From Somniosus microcephalus (taxonomy: Eukaryota): a stretch of DNA of 64,000 nucleotides. Below the pieces are notes generated by a model. That model saw only the letters and a program-made list of their open reading frames with translations. It searched no databases and was not told where the DNA came from. Of the stretch, positions 42,557 through 56,000 are shown piece after piece. The position numbers were made by a program, and so were the translations under genes. The first letter of the stretch is position 1. Every line of letters begins with the position of its first letter. The stretch is taken from the NCBI GenBank assembly GCA_052327205.1, contig CM126223.1, positions 51,956,001 through 52,020,000 of the forward strand. The letters are read 5' to 3'.

Positions 42557-45500
42557 CCGAGAATTGGGACCCACATCCCCGTGTGGCTAGCATTCTGCAC
42601 CACCCACAATACATTAGGGATGATGCACTACTATTCAGTGAAGATCTGCTGTTCAAGATGGATAATGCAGGATCACAGTAAAAGAATGGCATTAATGAGT
42701 ACTCAGAACCCTCCTGGGGTGACTAAGCTAGACTGCATTGTGCACAAGGATCAAGTGGAATTTAAGGAAACCAAAATTAACTACTAGAAAAAGTGCACAA
42801 AAGTTCAGTTAATGAACAGCAGTTGCTGAAATGTCTTTGCATAAGGACTGCTCTACAATTCTGGAGCCCATTCAAGTTCCAAGAAGCAGCCAAATATCTA
42901 CCTCTTCAATAAACACTATTTTGGCAGAGTATAGATCTGAAGCTGTTTTTGTCAGAGTAAAAAAACTTTCAATGCATTAAATAATGTCCAGTGAAAGAGC
43001 CAAACTTGGAATAAGTGGTTTTGCTCATTAGTTTGCACACTAAGTGGATACAATTGCAAGAGATACCAGAATCAGCAGTTTAAAAAAAATCCCATGTAAA
43101 TTAATTTACAGTGGCTGAATTCGTGACCCTGGTCCAGTTAGTCAAAGCTTTTGGCTCAATAAAGATCCTTTAGAAGGACAGTGGGAGAAAAATCCAGCAC
43201 AGGAGCCACTTAACTATTTTCCCATTTACTGCCCAAGTGGCCCAGATTTCTAAGCTGAAGCCACTCAATTGTGGATGTATTTGTGCAATTCCTTGCTCAG
43301 TCACTGCTGTAATACTGTAGACTGAAGCAGATGCTAGTCAGAGTCAAGGCACTTTTATTACTTATGGCCATGTGTCATCTAACTTTTAGGATACTGGTGA
43401 CACTGACCATTAGAATTGAAATTTGGAGATCTAGATCCTCAATGGTCAAAAGGGGAAAGCCTACCCATTTCTGGTCAGCTGTACTACAATGAAAAGGCTA
43501 TATATTATACATACACAATTATCCAATTAATTCACAGGCAAGTTAATAGAAGCTACTCAACAAGAGCCTCAAGATAGCTTTATTTGGACACCCTGTATAC
43601 TATGAGCAACAGTTTAGTTTCTTCAGCTAAGCAAAGTTCCCTTTAGAAAGCATTAAATCAGGAGATAGTCAAAGTTAAACCAGCTCCTTGGTAAATAATT
43701 AAACAATGGCCCAGTTTAAGTTAGGAGGTATTCAGTAACTGCACCCTTGATCAACTGGTGAAACTGAAAACTACAAGTTAATACCAACTTCCTGCACAGC
43801 TCACCATCCCGACCCTAGGAAAATGAAAATTGACATTTGAGACAGCCAAGCAAACAAGTCTGCCTTCTCTTCCTTCCCCCCAAACCCCAAAAGATCATAC
43901 ATTTTCACTTAAGGCAGAAACAGCACATTGTAAATTACTGAAATAAAACAATTCAATGGAAAAGTTGACTTTTGATAAGCAGTGAAATTACTTGGTTAAG
44001 GAGCCGATTTATGCTTTCTGCCTTAAACCTTAGATTTGAATTACCTTTAAAAGCAACATTAACCACACCTTTTCCTTGCCTAGCTACAAGAGAAACTAAA
44101 CACTTCAACAAAAGCAAAAGCTGGGTGTGGTAGTTATACTCAGTTTGCATTTTTCTACAAAAATAATGATCATCTCCAGGCACAGGTGGCTTTTACACCA
44201 AAATATTTCCACTAGCACAAGTGTAGAACATGTCCCAGATGGCTCACTGGGTAAACTAGTGCTTCCTATAGGGCCAGAAGTATCCATATTTGATTCCTGA
44301 TTTGCATAGAGTTGGCAGATTTCAGCTGCAGAGGGACAGAGTGCTACAGGTGACTTCAGGGGGGTTGCAAACCAGGATTCCCACTGCATCATTATTCAAC
44401 ATGGACTTCAGACAAGGGATGGATCAAGCCCAGTGGTGCTGCCAACAGTCGAATAGTCTACCAACATATTGGCTTGGCCAGCCAAGCAAGGCCAGGTGCT
44501 GGAAGACTGCCAATGCTTATAGAACCATACCCCAGCATGAGTAACCTGCCAAGAGGGAGAAAGGAATTGGAACACTTAGAAAACTGTTGGAACAATTTTA
44601 AAAGATTGTTTTGACTTTAAATAACACAGGAACCCTAGCATGCAAGATTAATTGCTGCATGCTCTTTAGCAAGTCATTTAATTGACCATCAAAAGTAGTA
44701 CGCCAACACTGCCTTGCTATGTCCAATTCTACTTCAATACCATAGCCATGATTATTTAATCTCAATTTTCAAATGTGGAAACTGGCAACATTCAGTCCTT
44801 TTACTGCAAAATGGATAGACTATTTAGACAGTCTGGTGGCATTGCAGTAAAGCAAATTTCTCAGCCAGGCAAGTTTAAGAGCGAATAAGGGAAGAGAAAA
44901 AGGGCAGTAAAGAACACATTACCCACCAACGGTCCAGGAATCAACAAGGTGGGATAACCCTAAAAAAGGTTACATTTCAATTAAGTTGCCATTTCTTACT
45001 GGTCTCCATACATACTTTGATCCAACCAATACTAGATGGTTCAAAGTTACACCCCCATTAGTAGTTAATTGGTCTCCACCGTGGAGGAAAAATTGGCAAC
45101 TCCACACACTGGAGAGAAGCTATTGAACCTGCATTTCATTCATGGCACCAAGTGTTGGCGCTCTCAAAAAAGTGCTTTCAATCACCAAAATGGCACAAAG
45201 GTGGAATTAAGTTGAGACTGAAAAAAATCTACAAGGATTACATGCAGGACACCATGGTAGGCAGGTATTCCAGTACCTTTCATGCAGTAGGCTAGGAATG
45301 TGAACCACAGATTCACTAAAGTTCCTAATCTCAACCATTACATTGGGCAGATGCAGACAAGAGGCTAAACACTGAATGGAAGATTAAGGCCCAGGGACTT
45401 AGAAGGCAATGATAAATGCTGATAAAGATTTTTTTCTTGTTGTCTACATAATCAGTTTAACACCTTTAGTCTGTAAATGCACAATTTCTACATATACCAC

Positions 45501-46019
45501 CTTTATGTAATGAAATGTCCCATGGCACTACACAGGAGTGTTATCAAATACTAGGTACAAATTGTAGCAGTTAAACTTCAGGGCTATTACACATCTGTTG
45601 GGGGAGGAAGCAAGGTTTTATTACTTGCCTTCCTTGATCTGTTGCTGTGCAAGGGTGTGGCTGCAGCTGTTGCTAAGCTAGAGACACTTGGAACTTGTGG
45701 CCATTGTTCTGAACTTACAGGGTTTGTTGCTTTATACAGAGCTCTCAGCTCTATCTTTTAGTTATCTGGAATTTTTGATGAACTGGCACCATGTCGGTCC
45801 CGTATAAAAAAAGTTTCCTGTAATTGCAAGATCAGTCTCAAAGGCAACTAAAATCCTTGTTTGACAAAAAAGTGATCAATGCAGGTCCCAACACTTACAC
45901 TTCAGACCAGAGTGCTGAATTAGTACAGTCAATGCTGAAGCACTGGTTAATTAGTAACTAACAGCCTCACATGCGAGTGAATATTTCATTAAATGTATTG
46001 CTCAACTCCCAATTACTTT

Positions 46020-46405
46020 TTTATTCATTCACGGAATGGGGACGTCACTGGCAAAGCCAGCGTTAATTGCACATCCTCAATTGCAGAGAAGGTAGTGGAC
46101 CTTCTAGAACTACTGTAGCCATTTGATGAGTGGTTTGCTAGGCCATTTCAGAGTCAACTACATTGGTATGAGACAGGCACCTAGGCCAGATAGAATGGAA
46201 GAAAACCAGGTTACCTTCCTTTAGAGCACATTTGGAAACTAGTTTTGTGCATGACACCATGTTCACTTTTAGATACTGGCTTCAGAATTATTTTTTTAAA
46301 TTAAACTGCATGAATGCTGAAACTGCCAGTGGGATTTGAACTCACGCTCTGAATGATTAGGCCAGTCCTCTGGATTACTACTCTAGTAACATGCCCGGTG
46401 CTACA
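46020..46405 (-). mobile_element. tRNA-derived SINE whose tail matches the 36855-37340 LINE
   Basis: Minus-strand head agtaatccagagg...gtgagttcaaatcccac (B box); body ctctgaaatggcctagcaaaccactca; tail gctggctttgccagtgacgtcccc. Confidence 0.7.
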
Positions 46406-47126
46406 AAATGCAACTGCTCAGATTCGGATTCTAAAATAAGCAAACTGATTTTATGGTTAATGACCAAATGCTAGACAGCCAATGTTGGCCACCATCTTCA
46501 TAACTAAATCAAACTGAGGGCTATACCCACCCCCAAAAATTCAGTTACCCAGTTTATTCACTTACAACTACCTTATCCAAAGAAATGCAAAATAGTACTG
46601 TTAAAATTCTAGCATAAAAGTTTGATTTCATGCACACCGATCCCTTCAAATCAAAGATCATGACAGGGGTGAATTGTATTTATGACTGCACCTGAAAGAA
46701 GTCTCTTCCACCCCCCCTTTTTTTTTTTTGCAAGGGGGCTTTTTTTTTTTTTTTTTAATAAATATACAGTGCGCACTCCAAGTCATGGCTAGGTTTGGTT
46801 TGCTGAAACATGAATACTGAAAAGTTAAGGGTCTAATCTCAAGCTCACTTTGGCATTATTCAAGTTCCTCTCATTACATCAGTTAAACTTCCAAAAAGGT
46901 GATGAGCAAACTGGTCATAAGTTACTAGGAACATACTCAATGTACTATTTTTCAGTAATGGAATTTGGGGCAAAGGTAGTTACACCCCCAAATTAGATCC
47001 CAAGTACTAGAGCCATTTCAAAAACGACAGTATTGAGCATAGCAAGATAATCTGCACCATCAAATATTTATAGCTACTTGCACATCCTGTGACTGAAGAT
47101 AACAGCCTCACTGTTCATGGAGACTG

Positions 47127-47201
47127 TTATGCAGGGGAGGTACATAGCTTATTGTATGTATAGACTATGCAGGGAGGCAGTTTATTGTATGTATAGACTA
47201 T
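47127..47201. repeat. Imperfect tandem duplication of about 35-40 bp
   Basis: tatgcaggggagg...ttattgtatgtatagac repeated twice. Confidence 0.85.
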
Positions 47202-47289
47202 TTAGATTTACTATAACAATTAAGTAATATTTTCATATTCCAATACATGAATTCTGCAGTGTATATAAAACTGTACAAGTCAAATAAAG

Positions 47290-47495
47290 AATTGAGAAAA
47301 TTTGGAACTCTGCACATGGAATGGTTGAAAGGATTGACATTTAAGGGGAGGCTTGATGCATATGTGAGGAAGAAGGGAATAAAGGGATGAGGCAGAGAGT
47401 AGGAATTAGTAGAGAGACTTGGAGTATTAACACTAGCATAGACCAGTTGGACTGAACAGCCTGTTTCTGTACAGTAGTTTCTACATAACTATGTA
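47290..47495 (+). mobile_element. Old CR1 3' fragment
   Basis: tttggaactc...atttaaggggaggcttgat...gaccagttggactgaacagcctgtttctgt. Confidence 0.65.
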
Positions 47496-47561
47496 AATAC
47501 AGCAAGATCATGAATGGCACTATTTGAGCAAGGTGTTAAAATGAAGTTTTACATCAAGATG

Positions 47562-47667
47562 GACTACTTGCATTTTTGTTACAGCTCCACATTCTTGTGA
47601 CGTCCCAAGATACTTTACAGCCAACAAATTACTTTTGAATTACTCTTGTAGACAAGGTCCCACAAAT
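47562..47667 (-). mobile_element. Deu-SINE, 3' part (split copy)
   Basis: acttgcatttt...gacgtcccaaga...tttacagccaa...aaggtcccacaaa; continues at 51901. Confidence 0.7.
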
Positions 47668-48004
47668 CTGCAAGGATCAGTGCTTGGGCCTCAGCTATTC
47701 ACAATCTACATCAATGATTTGGACGAGGGGGGATCAAATATAATATATCCAAGTTTGTTAATGATACAAAGCTAGGTGGGAATGCAAGTTGAGGAGGATG
47801 CAGAGGTTTCAAGGGAGACAGGTTAAGTGAGTGGGCAAGAACATGGCAAATGGAATATAAATGGAGAAATGTGAAGTTATCCACTTTGATAGGAAAAATA
47901 GAAAAGCAGAGTTTTTTTTTTAAATGGAGATTGGGAAATATTGGTGTTGAGGGTGTCCTTGTGCACAAATCACTGAAAGTTAACATGCAGGTACAGCAAG
48001 CAAA
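47668..48004 (+). mobile_element. CR1 host element, left half
   Basis: caaggatcagtgcttgggcctcagctatt...tccaagtttgttaatgatacaaag...catgcaggtacagcaagcaa. Confidence 0.85.
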
Positions 48005-48009
48005 ATATA

Positions 48010-51000
48010 TAAAACCAATATAGTTAAAAACCAGGAGGAGGTCCTAAAAGCTGAATATAGGGAGTTAGGAGGTAAATTAAAAAAGACCTCCAAAAAGTAG
48101 TAATCTCAGGATTGCTACCAGTGCCATATGCTAGTCAGAGTAGAAATAGAAGGATATTTCAGATGAATACATGGCTAGAGGAATGGATTCAAATTCCTGG
48201 GACATTGGAACCGGTTCCGGGGGGGGGGGGGGTGGGACCAGTACAAAACAGACGGTTTGCACCTGGGTAGGGCCAGGACCGATGTCCTAGGGCAAAGTGT
48301 TTAAACTAAAATGGCAGGGGGTTGGGAACCTGAGTGGGGAAACAGGAAAAAAGGGAAACAAGGATAAAAGCAAAAAAGACTAGGAGAAAAACAAAAGTGA
48401 CAGGCAGAGAAATCAAGGGTTTAAATCAAACATGGCCACAGTAAATAATAATTCTAATAAATCTAAGAGCATTAAAAAAAAAGCCTGAAGGCTTTGTGTC
48501 TTAATGTGATGAGCATTTGTAATAAGGTGGATGAATTAGCTGTGCAAATAGAGGTAAACGAATATGATTTGATTGGGATTACAGAAACATGGCTCCAGGG
48601 TGGCCAAGGCTGGGAACTCAACATCCAGGGGTATTCAATATTTAGGAAGGATAGGCAAAAAGGAAAGTGAGGTGGGGGTAGCATTGCTGGTTAAAGAAGG
48701 GGTTAACAATTGTAAGGAAGGATATTAGCTCTGATGTGGAATCTGTATGGGTAGAACTGAGAAATACCAAGGGGCAGAAAACATTAGTGGGAATGGTATA
48801 TAGGCCTCCAAACAGTAATGTGGAGGTTGGGGATGGCATTAAAAAGGGAAATTAGAGAAGCGTGCAATAAGGGCACAGCAGTCATCATGGGTGACTTTAA
48901 TCTACATATAGATTGGGCTAACCAATTTAGTAACAATACTGGAAGAAGAATTCCTGGAGCGCTTACGGGATGGTTTCCTGGACCAATATGTCGAGGAACC
49001 AGAGATCAGGCCATCTTAGACTGGGTATTATGTAACGAGAAAGGATTAATTAGCAAGCTTGTTGTACGAGGCCCCTTGGGTCGGAGCAATCATAATATGA
49101 TCGAATTCTTCATTAAGATGGAGAATGAAGTAGTTGACTCAGACTAGGGTCCTGAATTTAAATAAAGGAAACTACGATGGTCTGAGGCATGAGTTGGGTA
49201 GGATTGATGGGGAATGTCACTCAAAGGGTTGACAGTGGATAGGCAATGGCAAACATTCAAAGACCACATGGATGAACTACAGAATTTGTTCATCCCAGTT
49301 TGGCATAAAAATAAAACAAAAAAAGGTGACTCAACCGTGGCTAACAAGGGAAATTAGGGATAGCATAAGATCCAAGGAGAGGACATATAAATTGGCCAGA
49401 AAAAGCAGTAATCCAGAGGATTGGGAGCAGTTTAGGATCCAACAAAGGAAGACAAAGGGATTAATTAAGAGGGGGAAATAGAGTATGAGTGTAAGCTTGC
49501 AGGGAACATTGTAAAAGTTTTTATAGATATGTGAAGAGAAGATTGGTGAAGTCAAGCATAGGTCCCTTGCAGTCAGAATCAGGGGAATTTATAATGGGGA
49601 ACAAAGAAATGGCTGACCAATTAAATACATACTTTGGTTCTGTCTTCACAAAAGGAGGAGGACACAAATAACCTCCCAAAGATGTCAGGGAACATGGGGT
49701 CTAATGAAGAGGAACTGATAGAAATCAGTATTTGTAGGGAAATGGTGTTAGGGAAATTGATGGGATTGAGGGCCGATAAATCCCCAGGGCCTGATAATCT
49801 ACATCCTAGGGTACTTAAGGAAGTGGCCCTAGAAATAGTAGATGCATTGCTGGTCATCTTCCAAAATTCGATAGACTCTGGAACAGTACCCATGGATTGG
49901 CAGGTAGCTAATGTTACCTCTGTTCAAAAAGGGTGGTAGAGAGAAAATGGGGATGAACAGACCGGTAAGCCTGACATCGGTAGTGGGGAAAATGCTAGAG
50001 TCCATTATAAAAAGGATGTAATGGCAGCGCACTTGGAAAAAAGGTGACCGGATCGGACAAAGTCAACATGACTTTACGAAAGGTAAATCGTGCTCAACTA
50101 ATCTACTGGAATTTTGAGGATGTAACTGGTAAAATAGAAAAAAGGGAGAACCAGTGGATATGGTGTATTTGGATTTTCAAAAGGCTTTCGATAAGGTCCT
50201 GCGAGATTAGTGTGTAAAATTAAGGCACAAGGGATGGGGCAAGGTACTGACTTGGATAGAGAACTGGTTGGCAGAGAACTGGTTGGCAGACAGAAAGCAA
50301 AGAGTTGGAATAAACAGCTCTTTTTCTGAGTGGCAGGCAGTGACTAGTGGGGTACCGCAGGGATCGGTCCTTGGACCCCAGCTATTCACAATATATATTA
50401 ATGATCTGGACGAGGGAACTAGATGTAATATCTCCAAGTTTGCAGACGACACAAAGCTGGGTGGGTGTGCGCGCTGCAAGGAGGACGCCAAGAAACTACA
50501 GGATGATTTGGACAGGTTGGGTGATTTGGCAGATGCAATTTAATGTGGATAAATGCCAGGTTATCCACTTGTCAAAAACAGGAAGGCAGATTATCTGAAT
50601 GGCAATAGATTGGGAGAAGGGGAAGTGCAACAAGACCTGGGTGTCCTTGTGCACCAGTTGCTGAAAGTAAGCATGCAGATGCAGGCAGTTAAGGAGGCAA
50701 GTGGTATGTTGGCCTTCGTAGCGAGAGGGTTTGAGTACAGGAACAAGGATGTCTTGCTGCAGTTGTACAGGGCCTTAGTGAGACCACATCTTGAGTATTG
50801 TGTGCAGTTTTGGTCACCTTATCTGAAGGATATTCTTGCCATGGAAGGAGTGCAGCAAAGATTCACCAGACTGATACCTGGGATGGCAGGAATGACATGT
50901 GAGGAGAGATTGGGTCGATTGGGCTTGTACTTGCTGGAGCTTAGAAGAATGAGGGGATCTCATCAAAACTTATAAAATTCTATCAGGACTAGACAGACTA

Positions 51001-51323
51001 GATGCTGGAAGGATGTTCCCAATGGTCAGAGAGTCCAGAACCAGGGGTCACAGTCTAAGGATAAGGGGTAAGCCATTTAGGACAGAGATGAGGAGGAATT
51101 TCTTCACCCAGAGAGAGTGGTGAACCTGTGGAATTCTCTGCCAAAGAATGCAGTAGAGGCCAATTCATTAAATATATTCAAGGAGTTGGATATATTTCTT
51201 AAGGCTAAAGGGATATGGAGAGAAGGCAGGAACAGGGTACTGAATTTGGATGATCAGCCATGGTCTCATTGAATGGCAGAGCAGGCTCAAGGGGCCGAAT
51301 GGCCTACTCCCATCTTCTATGTT
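48010..51323 (+). mobile_element. Long CR1 LINE (end of ORF1 esterase, whole ORF2 remnant, 3' tail), inserted into another CR1
   Basis: IMGDFN, ILDWVLCNE, KSPGPDNLHPRVLKE, VTSGVPQGSVLGPQLFTIYINDL, SKFADDTKL, RPHLEYCVQFWSP; frameshifted. Confidence 0.95.
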
Positions 51324-51900
51324 GGCCTTTATTACAAGAGGATGAGAAGAGTAAAGACATCTTACTGCAACTATATAGGGCCCTGGTGAGACCACACCTG
51401 GAGTATTGTGGACAGTTTTGATCTCCTTACCAAAGGAAGGATATACTTGCCATAGAGGGAGTGCAATGAAGGTTCACCAGACTGATTCCTGGGATATGGG
51501 GGGGGGGGGGGGGGATTGTCCTATGAGGAGAGATGGAGTAGACTGGGCCTATATTCTCTGGAATTTAGAAGAATGAGAAGTGATCTCATTGAAACATACA
51601 AAATTCTTACACGGCTCAACAGAGTAGATGCAGGGAGAATGTTAACCAGGGGCCAGTGTCTCAGAATAAGGGGTTGGCCATTTAGGACCGAGATGGAGAA
51701 ATTTCTTCACTCGTGAATCTTTGGAATTCTCTGCCCCAGAGGCCTGTCGTTGAGTATATTCAAGACAGAGATTGATAAAGGGAATCAAGGGACATGAAGA
51801 TAGTGCAGGAAAGTGGAGTTAGGTCAGCCATGATCTTATTCAACAGCAGAGCAGGCTCAAGGGGCCAATGGCCAACTCCTGCTCCTATTTATGTTCTTAA
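51318..51900 (+). mobile_element. CR1 host element, right half with 3' tail
   Basis: tatgttggcctttatt...gagaccacacctggagtattg (RPHLEY), SYEERWSRLGLYSLEFRRMR, tail actcctgctcctatttatgttctt. Confidence 0.9.
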
Positions 51901-52090
51901 ACAAATATATGAGTCCATTTTTGGTGATGCAGGGAACAATGTGGACGAGGACACTAGAAATCCTTGCTCTTCAAATAGAACCATGGAATCACTTGCATGC
52001 CCCTCCTTCACTATTAAGATAGCAAGCTTGGTTTAATGCCTCATCCAAAAGATGGCACCTCCAACAATGCATTATTTCCCCGAGTTATTA
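51901..52090 (-). mobile_element. Deu-SINE, central part (continuation of 47562-47667)
   Basis: tgctcttcaaatagaaccatgg...ggtttaatgcctcatccaaaagatggcacctcc, matches 42300-42460. Confidence 0.7.
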
Positions 52091-53719
52091 AGTGTCAACT
52101 TACACATCACTTTACAATTTATAATGAAGTTAAAATTGAAGTAAGCTACTGTATTTTAAGCAAAGTTATGCCAAGCTTTTGAACTAAAACAAACCCATAG
52201 CTTAGTGTGCAGGAGTCAAATAGTACAGCAACTATTGAACAAAAGGAAATAGGTTATTGGGACAATATTCACAAAAACTAAAATTCCAGCCAAAACCCCA
52301 ATATAATATTCCTACAAAGATAGCATTTACTTGCAGAAAGCACAAAGTTCTAGGAGAACAATTTGCCACTTTCCTGGAGGTTGCTCCAGTCAGCAGAAAG
52401 GACTACACACTTAATACCAGGAAGGATGCAAAACGGCTGTGTGCAGCACCATAACTATACAACAGGAAGCCAAGTCACTTGACTCCAGTGCAGATTTTAA
52501 GCTGGTTAACTGTTTTGGGAGGGTGGTAATTAAGAACAAGCACTTTTGGTCTCAAAGTTGCCTTCAGCCCCTGGTTTAGTGAGGAAGTCATAAACCAGGA
52601 AGATTCTAGGTTTGAACCCTGGCCTGCGTGCTCTTGTTTCAGCATACCAGTTACTGGACAGGCACATCCCTGGATTTGCCTCCATAGGACTCGGCCTTGT
52701 TGACTCGAACAGACACCAAAACTGACCGAAGTGTTCTGTCTTCACCTCCCTCCCCATCAGTAAGCTTCTAAACTAGCTACACAAGGACACAAACTTCATT
52801 GGACAGTCAAGTACTACCATGGTCATGCTTTGGTGCTGGAATACATGGTTATGCCTGCAATTCCACACTGCAAGGGTAGGGGTGGGGGGAAAAAAGCTAA
52901 TCAATTCTCCTGCTAGTCACTTCAAGAGCAGGACCAAGCAAAGCCAGAGGTTACGGCTATGCTTTTTTGGTGCACTGCATTACACAAGAACAAGCATCAC
53001 CTTTGAGACTTCAGCAGATTTGCCTCATCTTCCATCCTACCCAACCTGCAGTTTAAAAAAAGAGCATGGTGCAATGAGAAGTTTAGAGCACTCTGCCCAA
53101 ATTTCACCACTTAAAAATGGAAACTTCTCTCTTCTGCCTCCCATTATCAGGGAAAAGCCTGGGGTACAGTTCCAGGGGCAGTCAACCTCATACTTCAAGT
53201 CAGAAATATTACATTCTAGAGCTTTAACAGGGCATGATTTGTGCCGACACCAAACCAAATCCCAGTGGAAATGTAAGTTTGAAAGCTACAAGAAAGAAGT
53301 CAGCTGGTATTGTCTAATTTCCACAATCTCAATGAAGCACAGTAAACATCTTAAGCCTTGCCCTGCTGAATAAATTATTAATGTAGAGTTCAGAACCAGG
53401 GCACTTTTTTTCCCCTTGTTTAAAAGCTCAATGACCAGTCATGGCAGTTTTCCATGTGCCATCTGAGCTGGCTTGAACCACAAGCCCTTCAACACCAATC
53501 CTCAAGGAAGTTGTCAAGCCCTGTAACCATTCCTCCAAATTAACATTTAGTTGGTTGATCAGGAAGGGCAATAGACTGACAAGCTCTTCACCTAAACTAC
53601 TTCACATCTGTACACTTTGATTAGGGTGATGTCAGAGACAGATTCTGACTTCAATCAACAGCAGCTAATTTGTTCCCTCCCTGCCAAGAAAGCTCAAGCC
53701 ACCTGCTACATGAAGAAAT

Positions 53720-53930
53720 AACAACAGAAAAGGCTGGAAAAACTCAGCAGGTCAGGCAACATCCGTGGAGAGAAATTTGAGTTGACGTTTCGGGTTTGAC
53801 CCTTCTTCAAAACGAGAGAGAAAAGGAACTAGATCGAAGGCAGGGCTGCGATCGGACAAAAGAATAAAAGAACCAAAAGAAGTAAAAGAGATTAGAAGCT
53901 ACGAGATGGTAATAGGCTGGGATTAGGTGT
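53720..53930. mobile_element. Penelope-like terminal fragment
   Basis: gctggaaaaactcagcaggtcaggcaacatccgtggagag...gacgtttcggg, homologous to the left arm of 38513-38682. Confidence 0.65.
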
Positions 53931-55719
53931 AAAGTGTACATGAAGACATGTACATACTGGCAATTGGTCAACTCTTTTAGCCATTGTTTAAAACTCTTGA
54001 CATACCAGTTTGTGACTTTTTCTAGACACGTCAATGATATTCTAATGCTTTAACAAAGCATTAGCCTAGATTAGGTGATTAAGTTAGCATTGCAGGGTAG
54101 AGCTCAGAACAGCTATTGTTCAAAAGCTCTATAGCCACACAAAAAAAAAAATCAATCAAGCAATAATGAAATCCTGTCCACCAACTCCAATTTTAGTTGC
54201 CAAAGCTTTAATATGATTCAAGTTAGAGGCCAAAGCTTCTACACATCTGGCATGTAAAGATCTTACTGTTCTGGAGGCTAAAATATTAAAAAGTTACTCA
54301 AATCAAGAGTATAAAAGGAAATGAGTTTAGAAGCTCCAAACAGGGGCCAGCATTTTCAACACAAGCTAGTTAAGTGCAGACTTCTCCCTCAAGTATTCAC
54401 TTGAACTGCTGTGCTTAATACAGGAACTACTAGCTCAACAAGTGAAGCCAGGTATAAATTGCAGTAGTTTTAGTTAAAAGTGTCAATTTCCTGCCAGTGA
54501 CTTAACCTCCACATTGAGGTAACTGGTCACATGAAATCACTAAAGCTGCTGTGTTAGATTACATTCAACAAGCAAAATGTACTTAAACCTGACAGGTCAA
54601 CTGTAGTCAAGACTTAATTTGGAGTGATGGTAAGTTAGCTTCTTTTACAATGGCCTCAGGGGTGTTTGCACCAGTTCCCAACCTACAGGTCTAACACCTG
54701 GCAGAAACCTTCTAAACAAACTTGCCAAAGCTAGGTCTATCCAGCAAGCCAACAATGAAATGCAATAGAAATGCTGGAAAGATAATCATTTCAGAAAAGA
54801 CAAGTTATGATATTGCAATTGTGCACCCATTAAGGAATCACCAGTGTCATGCAGTCTTCTCTTAGATGCCAACTGATCTATTCTTCAGTTTGTAATCTTA
54901 CAATGGGGTTGCTGCTAGGTGCAGCTTAGACGTTAGTGACCAACTCAGATGCACTTAACATGCAGTCTATTTACATAATTTGGAAAACAAATACACATCT
55001 GCAATATGGTCAACAGCATTAACTCAACTCTGCCTTCTAACTGAAGGAAGTTTATTGTACATTGGAACTGGTTACTTTAGCTACCAGATATGCTATACTG
55101 TACAGTTTGTGAAAGTTGCAACAAAGTAGGCTCAATATAGACCATCTGCAAGGGAACTGAGTTAATAGTGCATGATTTAAAGCCAAGGTATTGGCTAGGC
55201 TACATACTGAAGCCACCAAGATCTGGCAATCAGGGAGCTTAAAGTTCAGGCAGCTCAGTCTTCTGTGCTTCCATTTGATAAAAGTCATATTTTGACTTCT
55301 GGGACAAGAGGTTTAAGGGGGGGGGGGGGGGTTCACCTAGCAATGTTGCTTTATGCACAAATCCCAACACACCATGGTCAGTTAGTACAAAGAACCAAAT
55401 TTACTAGTTAGTTAATGCAAACATGGACTAAAAACTTTACTGCTTGGACTTGTCTCAGCCAATAATGACCAAAGTGTCCCCGTGTATGGAAACTACAAAT
55501 GGTCAGTATACTCAGTTGAAGTAATAGATGAGCAGACATGAAACTGACAAATTATGCCAATAGGCTTTTTGGAAATTGAAAGGTGACTGACTTATCTAAA
55601 GCTTTGGCAATTAGGCAGTTGAGCTACTTGCATTCAGGAATTCTGGTAGTGTTATATCTTCTCCTTTTGTTTAAACAGGGGACCTACAGCAAAACTTATG
55701 CAATAGGGTGGTAGAAGTA

Positions 55720-56000
55720 GTGATAGGATAGACAGAAGTTGTTTCCACTTGTGGGTGAGCCCAAAAATACAAAAAAAGGTAGTCACTAATAAATACAAGG
55801 AATTCAAGAGAAACTTCACCCAGAGAGTGTGGAACACTGCCACATGGAGCAGTTGAGGCAAGTAGCATGGGTACATTTAAGGGGAAGCTAGACAAGTACA
55901 TGGAGAAAGGAACAGAAGAATTTGTTGATGGGGAAGCAAGGTGGGAGGAGCCTCATGTGGAGCTCAGACCAGCTCAGCCAAATGGCCTTATCGTTGTAAA
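55720..56000 (+). mobile_element. Old CR1 3' fragment
   Basis: aacttcacccagagagtgtggaac...atttaaggggaagctagacaagtacatg. Confidence 0.65.

Noticed and set aside
48010-51323. Active or domesticated reverse transcriptase gene
   Set aside because: ORF2 is broken into many short frames by stops and frameshifts, and the 5' end is truncated.
52819-53373. Longest ORF in the track (184 aa, plus strand)
   Set aside because: No recognisable domain or coding-like composition; consistent with a chance intronic antisense ORF.
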